Positions 9,001 through 17,561 of a DNA stretch of 64,000 nucleotides are shown here, piece after piece. Every line of letters begins with the position of its first letter. Position 1 is the first letter of the stretch. A program made the translations under genes and the position numbers. The notes below the pieces were generated by a model. That model ran no database searches, had not been told where the DNA came from, and worked only from the letters and a program-made list of their open reading frames with translations. The stretch comes from Tepidisphaera sp. (lineage in GTDB: Bacteria > Planctomycetota > Phycisphaerae > Phycisphaerales > UBA1924), in NCBI GenBank assembly GCA_050916045.1, contig CP051526.1:2560001-2624000 (forward strand), read 5' to 3'.

Positions 9001-9800
9001 TGGAAAACCGTCCCTTCACCACTCAAAGCGGCCGAAATCGGCACCCCGCTCCTCGCATCGCCGATGACGACGCGCCCCACGCCCCCCGCGAGAGCTTCGC
9101 CTGCGCCCATCACCTTCTTCTTCATCCGACCTTCCGCGAACTCCGCGAACTCGTCCACCGCATGCCGCGCTACCGACCGGATCAGCGTCGATTCATCCGG
9201 GAACTTGCGATAAAGCCCCTTGACGTTCGAAAGCAGCAGCAGCGTCTCGGCCCCCAGCGCTACCGCCGTCGCCGCCGCAGCCCGGTCCGCATCCACGTTG
9301 ATCGGCTCGCCCGCCGTCGAGATCCCGGGTGGGCTGAGCACCGGCGTGTAGCCATGCTCGACCAGGACCCTGATCAGGCCCGAATTAACCTTCTCGACCG
9401 TGCCCGTGTAGTCGTCTCGGATGATGACCGTCCGGCCCGATTCGACCGCGCGGACCGCGGCTTTGCGTTCGCCCTGCCAAAGCCGTCCGTCCATCCCGGA
9501 CAAGCCCACCGCGTTCACGCCGCGCCGCTGAAGCAACTCGACCATCCGCTGGTTCATCACACCCCGGCACGCCATCTGAAAAATCTCAAGCGTCCGGCGA
9601 TCCGTCCGGCGGCTGGTGTGCCCGCTCGGGCTGGTGATGAACTTCGCCGGGTGCCCGAGAGCTTCGGCAAGCGTGTTGGTCGCGTGCGATCCCCCGTGCA
9701 CAATCACGATCTGCTTGCCGGCTTTCACCAGCGCCGCCGCGTCCTCGCAGACGGCTTCCAGATCCACACCTTCGCCCCCGCCGATCTTGACCACAATCAT
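8997..9800 (-). CDS. lysZ: [LysW]-aminoadipate kinase (LysZ/ArgB type)
   Basis: Motifs IVVKIGG, VHGGS, NVDADRAA and GRMKKK; 4-nt overlap with lysK. Confidence 0.92.
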   Translation of the reverse strand: MIVVKIGGGEGVDLEAVCEDAAALVKAGKQIVIVHGGSHATNTLAEALGHPAKFITSPSGHTSRRTDRRTLEIFQMACRGVMNQRMVELLQRRGVNAVGLSGMDGRLWQGERKAAVRAVESGRTVIIRDDYTGTVEKVNSGLIRVLVEHGYTPVLSPPGISTAGEPINVDADRAAAATAVALGAETLLLLSNVKGLYRKFPDESTLIRSVARHAVDEFAEFAEGRMKKKVMGAGEALAGGVGRVVIGDARSGVPISAALSGEGTVFQ

Positions 9801-9833
9801 GCCGCTCTCCTCGCGCCATCGCTTCCATCCGAC

Positions 9834-10877
9834 TCAGACCGGGTGAAGACCGGCGAACCCGAGCCCCGCTGTCTCTTCAAGGCCGCACATCAGGTTCATG
9901 CACTGCACCGCCGACCCCGCCGCGCCCTTCATCAGGTTGTCAATCGCCGAGATCACCACGATCCGGCCCCCGCCCTCCTCCACCTCGAACCCCACATCCA
10001 CGAAGTTCGTCCCCGCGACGATCTTGGGCTCGGGCAGTCGGTAAAGCCCCGTCTTGTCCTTGACGATCCGAACGAACGGCTCGGCCGAGTACGCTTCCCG
10101 AAACGCTTTCCAAAGCTCCTTCTCGTCCACGGGCCGCGTGGGAAACACGTGGGCCGTGCAAAGGACTCCCCGCACCATCTCGATCGACGTCACCGTCACG
10201 TGAAGGTCAAACCGCCCGTGCGGACCCATCACCTCCTGCTCAACCTCCGCCGCGTGCCGGTGGCTTGTCGGGGCGTACGTCCGCACCGCGCCCGATCGCT
10301 CGGGGTGATGGCTCCCCGCGTTGACGGCATTACCGCCCTCGCTGCTCCCGACCTTGAGGTCGCAGATCGCGGTCTTGATCAGGCCCTTGCGAGCCAGCGG
10401 GTAAAGCGCCATGTTCATCGCCGTCGCGTTGCACCCCACGCCGCTCGCAAGCTTGGCCCCCTTGAGCCGCTCGCGCTGAAACTCCGGCAACCCGTAGACG
10501 AACCGATCCAGCCACGCCCGCGCGCCGTGCGCCTCGCCGTACCACTTCTCATACGCCGCTCCGTCGCGGATCCGGAAGTCGGCGGAGAGATCGACGATCC
10601 GCGTCGCCAGGCTCGCGTACCGCTCGATCTGCTTGACCGCTTCCCCGTGCGGCAGGCAGAGGAAAATCACATCGCACGGTTCAAGCTCTTCCGGCCGCAC
10701 GAACTGAAGCTTGGTCCGCCCGCGCAGGTTCGGATGCGTGCTGAACACGAACGAACCCGCCTGCGACCGGCTGGTCACTTGCGCAACCTCCACGCCCGGA
10801 TGGTCCAGCAAAAGCCGGAGCACCTCACCGCCCCCGTACCCCGACCCGCCGACGATCGAAACCCGCAAACGACCCAT
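9834..10877 (-). CDS. lysY: [LysW]-aminoadipyl-phosphate reductase (LysY/ArgC type)
   Basis: Motifs IVGGSGYGGGE, LCLPHG, DLSADFR, GCNAT and DNLMKGAAG; ATG 10877 follows GAGGAG. Confidence 0.92.
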   Translation of the reverse strand: MGRLRVSIVGGSGYGGGEVLRLLLDHPGVEVAQVTSRSQAGSFVFSTHPNLRGRTKLQFVRPEELEPCDVIFLCLPHGEAVKQIERYASLATRIVDLSADFRIRDGAAYEKWYGEAHGARAWLDRFVYGLPEFQRERLKGAKLASGVGCNATAMNMALYPLARKGLIKTAICDLKVGSSEGGNAVNAGSHHPERSGAVRTYAPTSHRHAAEVEQEVMGPHGRFDLHVTVTSIEMVRGVLCTAHVFPTRPVDEKELWKAFREAYSAEPFVRIVKDKTGLYRLPEPKIVAGTNFVDVGFEVEEGGGRIVVISAIDNLMKGAAGSAVQCMNLMCGLEETAGLGFAGLHPV

Positions 10878-10915
10878 GGCTCTCCTCTTCTCCGATGACT
10901 CACCCACCCGCTTGC

Positions 10916-11836
10916 TCAACCCACCCGCGTCGGCGCGGACGCCTTCACCTCGACCACCGGCCGCGTGCCGCGGTTCCTCCGACCGACCTCAAGCACATGC
11001 CCGATCATCAATCCAGGGATGTCCACGCCCGTCGGCTCGATCGAGTTGCGGAACTCCATCGTGTGATTGACCTCGCTGACGAGGTAACCGCGAGTGGGGT
11101 CCTCGAGCAAATCGATCGCCAGAATGCCCCCGTTCGCGTCCGCGCCGCAGATCGCCCGAGCGGTGCGACGGCAGATGTCCGCGAGCGGAGCATCAATCTG
11201 GAATCGACCGGCTTTGCCGCCCCGCGCGGTGTTGGTGATCCAGTGCTCGCTGTTCCGCACGATCGCCCCGATCGGCTCACCGCCGACCATGAAGACGCGG
11301 AGGTCGCGTCCGGGCTTGTTGACGTATTCCTGCACGTAGAAGACGCCGTGCTGAGGGCCGCCGAGGGTCTCCTTGTGCTCGACGACGGCTTCGGCGGCTT
11401 CGCGATCGTTGACGCGGGCAAGCAGTCGTCCCCAGGAACCGACGGTCGGCTTGAGCACCGAGGGGTATCCCATCTGCTCAACCGCACGCAGCGCCGCCGT
11501 CCCCTCGACGGCGACCTTGACGCGCGGCTGGGGGATCCCGGCGGCGGCCAGAGCGAGCGTGGTGCTCAGCTTGTCACCGCAGAGGTCGATGACGCGGGAG
11601 GGGTTGACGCACGGGACGCCGAAGCGCTCGAAAATGCGGACGGCCGCGAGAGCCTGCGTCTGGCTGATGCACCGCTCCATGACGACATCGAACCCGGCGC
11701 ACGGCCCCGGCTCATCGACATCCCAGACGCACTCGCGCACGTCGATCAGCTCGTGCTCGACGCACCGCCGCTGAAGCTCCTCCACCAGAAGCCGCTCCTC
11801 CACCCGAATCCGCGAATAAAGAACCGCAACGCGCAT
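10916..11836 (-). CDS. lysX: Alpha-aminoadipate--LysW ligase (ATP-grasp, RimK family)
   Basis: Motifs YSRIRVEE, KPTVGSWGRL, QEYVNKPGRD, WITNTARGG and EVNHTMEF. Confidence 0.93.
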   Translation of the reverse strand: MRVAVLYSRIRVEERLLVEELQRRCVEHELIDVRECVWDVDEPGPCAGFDVVMERCISQTQALAAVRIFERFGVPCVNPSRVIDLCGDKLSTTLALAAAGIPQPRVKVAVEGTAALRAVEQMGYPSVLKPTVGSWGRLLARVNDREAAEAVVEHKETLGGPQHGVFYVQEYVNKPGRDLRVFMVGGEPIGAIVRNSEHWITNTARGGKAGRFQIDAPLADICRRTARAICGADANGGILAIDLLEDPTRGYLVSEVNHTMEFRNSIEPTGVDIPGLMIGHVLEVGRRNRGTRPVVEVKASAPTRVG

Positions 11837-11897
11837 GTGCCTGTGCCTTTCGAAGTGCCGACCGCCTCAACCAAACGCTGAATCTCTGGTGCCGCTC

Positions 11898-12083
11898 TTA
11901 TTCGCCCCAGTCTTCCTGCACCTGCGGAGCAAGCTCGACGCGAAGGGGCTCGACGCTCGTCACTTCAAGCTCGGCGGAGCACTCGCCGCAGCGGACCACC
12001 TCGCCCGCGAGGGGCCGACGCGTCAGCGTCACCGCACCCGCACACTCCGGACACTCGCAACCGATCGAAACCGTCGTCGACAT
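11898..12083 (-). CDS. lysW: Amino-group carrier protein LysW
   Basis: CPEC..CGEC zinc ribbon and the diagnostic C-terminus EDWGE. Confidence 0.96.
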   Translation of the reverse strand: MSTTVSIGCECPECAGAVTLTRRPLAGEVVRCGECSAELEVTSVEPLRVELAPQVQEDWGE

Positions 12084-12115
12084 CTGAAACTCCTTTGCAG
12101 CTGAAAGTCAGGGTG

Positions 12116-12155
12116 AAAAAACAGACAGGGCCCGCTCGGAACGCCCGGCGAGCCC
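12116..12155 (-). terminator. Attenuator terminator hairpin upstream of lysW
   Basis: Minus strand GGGCTCGCCGG-GCGTT-CCGAGCGGGCCC followed by TGTCTGTTTTTT, ending about 30 nt before the lysW start. Confidence 0.75.
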
Positions 12156-12189
12156 GTGAAAACCGACACGATGTCAGGTCACGAAAGCA

Positions 12190-12303
12190 TCAGCCCGGGC
12201 GTTTGGCGCCTTTGGCTTTTTTCGCTTTCATGAGTTTGGAGGCGGACGCGACAAGGCCCGGCGTGGTCGCCGCGGCTTCGTCGAGATGAGAATTCATCGC
12301 CAT
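12190..12303 (-). CDS. Putative lysine-rich leader (attenuator) peptide
   Basis: Hand translation MAMNSHLDEAAATTPGLVASASKLMKAKKAKGAKRPG*; six Lys, all AAA, clustered at the 3' end; too short for the ORF track. Confidence 0.75.
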   Translation of the reverse strand: MAMNSHLDEAAATTPGLVASASKLMKAKKAKGAKRPG

Positions 12304-12311
12304 TCCGGGAA

Positions 12312-12341
12312 ACTCTAGCCCTGCACCCCTCCGCAAGTCAA
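12312..12341 (-). promoter_or_regulatory. Sigma70-like promoter of the lys leader
   Basis: TTGACT-N18-TAGAGT, with the -10 box 8 nt before the leader ATG. Confidence 0.55.
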
Positions 12342-12373
12342 ACAAACCGGGCTTTGCCCGCCTTTCGGCCGTC

Positions 12374-15280
12374 TCAGGGCACCACCACGGACGAGTTCAA
12401 GCGGCTCCCCCCGTCGGGCTCGGTGACGCTGACGAGGACACGCTGGCCACGCAGGGAAGCCGCGGCTCCCGGGAAGACGAACCGCCGAAGAGCTTGCTGG
12501 CCCGGAGGGAGCGACCCGACGGTGGAGCTCGCCCGCGGCCGCTTGGGCGCAAACGCGGTGAGCTCAAGGTCAAGGGGGGTCTCTCCGACGTTGGTCACCT
12601 GCACCTCGACCACGACATCGGGCCCGTTGGTGGTCGGGTAGAGCGCCGAGCTCAGGTCGACCTTGAGGTGCTTGAGGCCGATCATCGCGGGCGTGCGGAT
12701 CTTGATCCCTTTGGCAAGCTGCTCACCCGCCAGGTCCATCGAGAAGACAAAGTCGCGGCGACCGGCTTCCTCAAGTCCGCCGAACGCCACGCTCACCGGC
12801 AATGAAGCCTGCTCGCCGGGCCTGACGGAGAAACGCATGACGCGCGGCACGATCTTCCAGCTTCGATCAAGGCCGTCGGCCGAGATCCCGCCGCCGATGG
12901 GCTCGACGATCGTGATCTCGCCGGAGATCGCCGTCGTCCACGGATTGAAGAACTCGATGGTCAGGTCTTTGCGCTGCGTCGTCGCGGGAAGAAAGTCGGG
13001 CGTGATGCGCACCGAAGCGATCATCCGCACCAGCTCGACGTCGATGCCCTCGACGAACACGGGCGTGCTCGTCGCGGGCACCCGGATCGTCGAAACATCG
13101 GTCTGATGGCCTGGTTTGGACGCACCCTCGGCGCCGCCGACGACGGTCTCGCCCGCGGTGACCTCGACGCCCAAAGCCTGCTGGAGCAGCTTGCGGTTTC
13201 CGAAGTGGTCGACGAGCGTGAGTTCGCCGGCACCGAGGTAGGCGTCGAGCACGGCGTCGCGTGATTCGGCGGACTCGTTCCAAAGCACGAGCGCACCGCC
13301 GCGCTTGGCCGGGGCCGTCGCCGAGGGCGCGAGAATGACGCACCTCACCCCGGGGGCCGCCGGAAAGTCGCCGATGGCGACGCGGTCGGAAAGCTGGTCC
13401 ACGAGCGTGCGCCACGCGGCGAACTCCGGCGTGGGCATCGGACGGTCGCCCTTGGCGCCCGACCATGTCCACGGCTGCTCGAGTGCCGTGCGCACGGACG
13501 GGTTACTCCGCCGTTCGGAGGCGGATGAAGCCGCGATCCACGCTTCGATCACCTTTCGGGAAAGCTCGGCGACACCCTCGACCTGCGTGTACGTTCCTTC
13601 CGGGGCCCGCTCCATGACGAGCGTGAGGTCGCCCTCGTTCTTGGCGGACTCGTCGGCCCAGACCTTCGCGGCTTGGCCCGCGGCCCAAGCGGGAAGGTCC
13701 GCCGAGACCAGCGCGGACACGGCACCCGGCCGGTCCAGCGCGGTGACGGCCTGTGCTCGAAGATCGAACTCGACACGGGATCCAAGGCCGATGGTCGGTC
13801 CCGAGATCAACTGCCCCACTTCTGTCGCGAACTTCGCGAGGTCCTTGGAGATGTCCTTGCGCCAGGCGACCGTCTCGCTACCCGTGCCGCCGATCTGCCA
13901 GCGCCGGACGCGTTGCCCGAACCGGTCCAGAAACTGGTCCAGATACGGCCAGTACGCCGAGCGGTCCTGCTCGAGGATCGACCAGACGTCCGAGCGGCCG
14001 GCGCCTTCAACGACCGATCCGCGCGGCGCGTGCGCCAGCATGAAGGTCAGTTCGCGGTACTCATCCCCGAGCGCCTCCACCAACGGCGACAGCGCGAGCG
14101 CACGATCCCCGACGTTTTCGCGCGTCAGATCCGCGTTCCAGATCGGAATCGACACCGCGCCGGCACCAAGCTGCTGCGTCAGGTACGCCACCAGTCCAGG
14201 GGACGCCGACTCCGGCACATCCTCAAGCACGACGCCCAAGCGGACCCGGTCGGGAGCATTCGAAATCGCCGTCTTCGGCCTCGGCGGCAGAACGACAAAG
14301 TCCGTGCGCGCAGAGCCGACCGTCTGACCGGCGCTGACCACCTCGAATGTCGCCCGATACCACCCGTACCCGGGCAGTTTGGGCGTCAGCGTCAGTTCCG
14401 CCCGCCCCGCACCCAGAATCTTCTCGATCGAGTCGACGCGGGCACCCGAGAGATCACGCACAACCACGCGGCCGGTGAGTTGCTCACCCGTCAGATCGCG
14501 GATGGTCGCCCGCAGCACCGGCGGAGCGGGAGCGACGATCACATTGCTCGGTTCGGCGCAGACCAGGTCGATCTTGGCGAGTTGGATGACCGCGACATCG
14601 TCGAACCACGCCGCGCCCGAAAAATCCTGCGACATCGCCGTGTGCCTACCCGCGGTCTTTCCGTACAACTGGTGCGGCTGAAGGACCTGAAGCTCAATCT
14701 GCAGGTACGCGGCGTTCATGAAGTCGCCCGGGAGCAGCACGTGCGCATCGGCCCACTCGCTCTCGGAGAGGACCGGCGCGGATCGGCGTTCGGACCCGGC
14801 GATGGGCGCTGTCGAAGAGTCGAGAAACCGCGCCACGACGACCGCCCGCGCGTGCTTGAGATCCTTGGTCCGAACGCGGGCCGAGATGCGGTAGTCCGCT
14901 CCGCTGAAGACCGGCACCACACCCGGCGAGAGAAGCAGCGACGTGCTGCCGCCGCGCGTGGGAAGACGCACGGAGATGTTCCCGGTCGACGCGATGGAAT
15001 CATCAAGTTCAGCCGCGTTGACCGGAGGAAATCCCGCTCTCACGCCCGTCGCGACATCGTCCGGCCCCTGCTGGGCGCGAGCCCAGTAGTTCGGCACCGG
15101 ATTCGGCGTGGCTTCCTCGAACCCGAAGAACCGCGTCAGACGCCCGGCCGACTCCGGCCGCACGCCCACCACCGACCACCCGGCTTCGAGTTCCTTCTCG
15201 TCAACGGTCGCGACCTGTCCAACCGCGCGGCAGGCGAAAAGGAGCATCAGTGCGGCCAAGGCATGTTCGAGAAGTCTCAC
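12374..15280 (-). CDS. Large exported hypothetical protein (N-terminal carbohydrate-binding-like sandwich, C-terminal Ig-like segments)
   Basis: ORF of about 970 aa with signal-like N-terminus VRLLEHALAALMLLFACRAVG; AAWFDDVAV is typical of CBM-like sandwiches; start and domain calls tentative. Confidence 0.7.
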   Translation of the reverse strand: MRLLEHALAALMLLFACRAVGQVATVDEKELEAGWSVVGVRPESAGRLTRFFGFEEATPNPVPNYWARAQQGPDDVATGVRAGFPPVNAAELDDSIASTGNISVRLPTRGGSTSLLLSPGVVPVFSGADYRISARVRTKDLKHARAVVVARFLDSSTAPIAGSERRSAPVLSESEWADAHVLLPGDFMNAAYLQIELQVLQPHQLYGKTAGRHTAMSQDFSGAAWFDDVAVIQLAKIDLVCAEPSNVIVAPAPPVLRATIRDLTGEQLTGRVVVRDLSGARVDSIEKILGAGRAELTLTPKLPGYGWYRATFEVVSAGQTVGSARTDFVVLPPRPKTAISNAPDRVRLGVVLEDVPESASPGLVAYLTQQLGAGAVSIPIWNADLTRENVGDRALALSPLVEALGDEYRELTFMLAHAPRGSVVEGAGRSDVWSILEQDRSAYWPYLDQFLDRFGQRVRRWQIGGTGSETVAWRKDISKDLAKFATEVGQLISGPTIGLGSRVEFDLRAQAVTALDRPGAVSALVSADLPAWAAGQAAKVWADESAKNEGDLTLVMERAPEGTYTQVEGVAELSRKVIEAWIAASSASERRSNPSVRTALEQPWTWSGAKGDRPMPTPEFAAWRTLVDQLSDRVAIGDFPAAPGVRCVILAPSATAPAKRGGALVLWNESAESRDAVLDAYLGAGELTLVDHFGNRKLLQQALGVEVTAGETVVGGAEGASKPGHQTDVSTIRVPATSTPVFVEGIDVELVRMIASVRITPDFLPATTQRKDLTIEFFNPWTTAISGEITIVEPIGGGISADGLDRSWKIVPRVMRFSVRPGEQASLPVSVAFGGLEEAGRRDFVFSMDLAGEQLAKGIKIRTPAMIGLKHLKVDLSSALYPTTNGPDVVVEVQVTNVGETPLDLELTAFAPKRPRASSTVGSLPPGQQALRRFVFPGAAASLRGQRVLVSVTEPDGGSRLNSSVVVP

Positions 15281-15422
15281 ACCGTTGTATCGACCGCCCG
15301 ACAGCGACCGGCGGAGCATTCGCCCTCGCCGCACGGACTCGAACAGGTCGCGTCGTCTGGTTCCGAGAACTGGAACCGTTATCGCGACCAAACCGCACGG
15401 AATCGGTGGTTATCTGGACGGG

Positions 15423-15827
15423 TCACAAGCCGCGAAGCACCCGCGAGACCTCGAACGCCCGCAGGGGCCGCTCAACTCCGCCCAAGGGTGCGGCGCTCGC
15501 CGCGGGCGCGGGACCGATCTCGCTCAGAGCCCGCGATGCCAAGCCGTCCCGCCGAAGCACGGCGAGGCTCGCATCCGCCGACCGCTCGGGCGCCGCGTCG
15601 ACCACAGCGATCGGCTCCGGACCGGGCGTCGGGGGTGCGAGCGGCGTGCTCCGGGAGAAGAGCGAAGCCGTCCACGCGCCGGCGATCACGACAGCCGCCG
15701 CGGAGATCGCGGGCAGGCGCCGCTTCCAACGACGCCGGGTCACCGTGCGGAGGAAGGCGGGCGGGGCTTCCCCGGCGGCGGTCCGCGAAGCGCGTGTGAG
15801 CCTGGCTTGGAGTTCATCGTGATGCAT
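15423..15827 (-). CDS. Small single-TM protein, possible anti-sigma factor
   Basis: Overlaps the ECF sigma 3' end; basic stretch RRRWKRR followed by a TM helix. Confidence 0.6.
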   Translation of the reverse strand: MHHDELQARLTRASRTAAGEAPPAFLRTVTRRRWKRRLPAISAAAVVIAGAWTASLFSRSTPLAPPTPGPEPIAVVDAAPERSADASLAVLRRDGLASRALSEIGPAPAASAAPLGGVERPLRAFEVSRVLRGL

Positions 15828-16362
15828 GGGCCACCTTCTTTTCGTCGACCATCCCGCGAACCTCGAACGCCCGCTTCAACCGATCGATGCCGCGAGCGTA
15901 TCGCCACGCGACCGTGTGCCGATTGACGTTCAGGGCTTCGGCGATCTGCTCGAACGTCATGCCCGAAGCGTGCCGCAGGGTCACGACCTCGCGCAGGACG
16001 CGAGGAAGAGCCGCGAGCGCCGCCGCCGCTTCATCCGCTTGCTCACCGCGCAGATCGCCGGACGGGGCCGGCTTTTTCTGCGTGCGGGCACGTTCTCTTC
16101 GTTCGGAGCGCTTGAGCGAGATCGCTTCGTGCCGCGTGAGCGTGATGAGCCACGCTCGCACATCCACCACCGCCGCAATCTCGGGCGGCTTGCGTTCCAT
16201 CATGCGGCAGAGAGCCCGCTGCACGATGTCATCCGCCGCGTGCGGAGCGACGGACTTCGCGTACGCACGAAGAAGACCGCCAAGCCGAGACCACAGCTCC
16301 CGCGCGGCGCGATCGTCGCCTCGGTGCGTCAGTCTCAGCAATTGGCGGTCTTCTTCCTGCAT
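15814..16362 (-). CDS. ECF RNA polymerase sigma factor
   Basis: Region 2 (AADDIVQ..AWLITLTRH) and region 4 (LPRVLREVVTLRHASGMTFEQIAEAL..TVAWRYARG). Confidence 0.88.
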   Translation of the reverse strand: MQEEDRQLLRLTHRGDDRAARELWSRLGGLLRAYAKSVAPHAADDIVQRALCRMMERKPPEIAAVVDVRAWLITLTRHEAISLKRSERRERARTQKKPAPSGDLRGEQADEAAAALAALPRVLREVVTLRHASGMTFEQIAEALNVNRHTVAWRYARGIDRLKRAFEVRGMVDEKKVAHASR

Positions 16363-16371
16363 CGGACATGA

Positions 16372-17472
16372 TCACTTTCCGACAGCGGCAAGCTTCTCGT
16401 CAAGTTCCGCGAGCTGCTTCACCTGCTTCTCGATGTTGATGTACGCCTTCTCGAAGGACGGCATCGCGACGCGGGCGATGACGCCAAATTCCCCCTTGAG
16501 CACGCGGGAGTTGATCACCTGGAACTTCGCGGAAGCGTCCGGCGTGCCCCACGCGGCGAGGATCTCGTCGTACCCCTCCTGCGCCCGGGCGATCTCACGA
16601 TCGAGTGCTTCGCCTTTCAACTCGCGGAGCTCCTGAACAAGGCCTGAGTTGTCCCCGGCCCCAAGGAGTCCCACGACGGCTTCGGCGGACTGTCCCCCGC
16701 GATTCATCGCCAGACGGAGCCAGTTCAGGAACAGATCGCGCTCGGTCGTCATCGCCTCCTTGCCGCGGAACGGATCAGACGTCAGCACACGCCCGATCGC
16801 GGCCCGAAGAACCTCGGCGTCCTTGGCTTGCAGGGTTCCCGAAGCCGCGAGCACCCGGGCTTCCTCCGTCGCCAGGGCGGCGATCGCATTGGACACCAGC
16901 GAGCTGATCAGGATGCGGTCGTTGCTGACGTGCGCCGCCATGCGGTACATCGCGGCCACGCGCTCCGCCGCTTGGGCGGGACGACCGGCGAGAAGCTCCT
17001 GCCGTGCATCGAATCGGAGCGTGCGGGCGAGCTGCCGCATCCGGCCCAGGTGCGGCATCAGCATCGAGACGCCACCCTCGTACTCAAGCTCAAAGTCGCA
17101 CCGCTCCCGCGTGGACGCGATGAGCAGCGTGCGCACCGACTGTTCGCACCCTCCCGAGAAGACTTTCGAAGCCTTCGCGAACGGCTCGGGGATCTCTCCC
17201 CCCGGCGCGGTCGGGACCTTGTCCCAGTCGATCTCGGCGATCGCTTCCCCGAGCGTGCGGGGCAGGTTGTTGTCGGCGGAGAGATATCCCAAAGCCGCGT
17301 TGCGGTCCTTGGCTTTGGTCGCCCAGGAGGGGACCAGCGTGTCGCTCTTGAACTCAAGGGGATCCTCGACCGACACGACGGCGGGTGCCGGACCGCCGGT
17401 TGTGGGCGGCTTGCTGGCGGGCTGAATCACCGAACCGGCGGCGAGCACGAGAGACATGATCATCAACTGCAT
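16372..17472 (-). CDS. Exported helical hypothetical protein
   Basis: ATG 17472 follows AAGGAG; signal-like N-terminus; shares motifs with 23169..24767. Confidence 0.75.
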   Translation of the reverse strand: MQLMIMSLVLAAGSVIQPASKPPTTGGPAPAVVSVEDPLEFKSDTLVPSWATKAKDRNAALGYLSADNNLPRTLGEAIAEIDWDKVPTAPGGEIPEPFAKASKVFSGGCEQSVRTLLIASTRERCDFELEYEGGVSMLMPHLGRMRQLARTLRFDARQELLAGRPAQAAERVAAMYRMAAHVSNDRILISSLVSNAIAALATEEARVLAASGTLQAKDAEVLRAAIGRVLTSDPFRGKEAMTTERDLFLNWLRLAMNRGGQSAEAVVGLLGAGDNSGLVQELRELKGEALDREIARAQEGYDEILAAWGTPDASAKFQVINSRVLKGEFGVIARVAMPSFEKAYINIEKQVKQLAELDEKLAAVGK

Positions 17473-17561
17473 GGGAAGCTCCTTCAGAGACAGAGGTGTA
17501 CCCCAAGGACGCCACGGAGGAGCGGATTTGTGGCGCTCCGTTTGATTTTTCGAAGGCCCGC

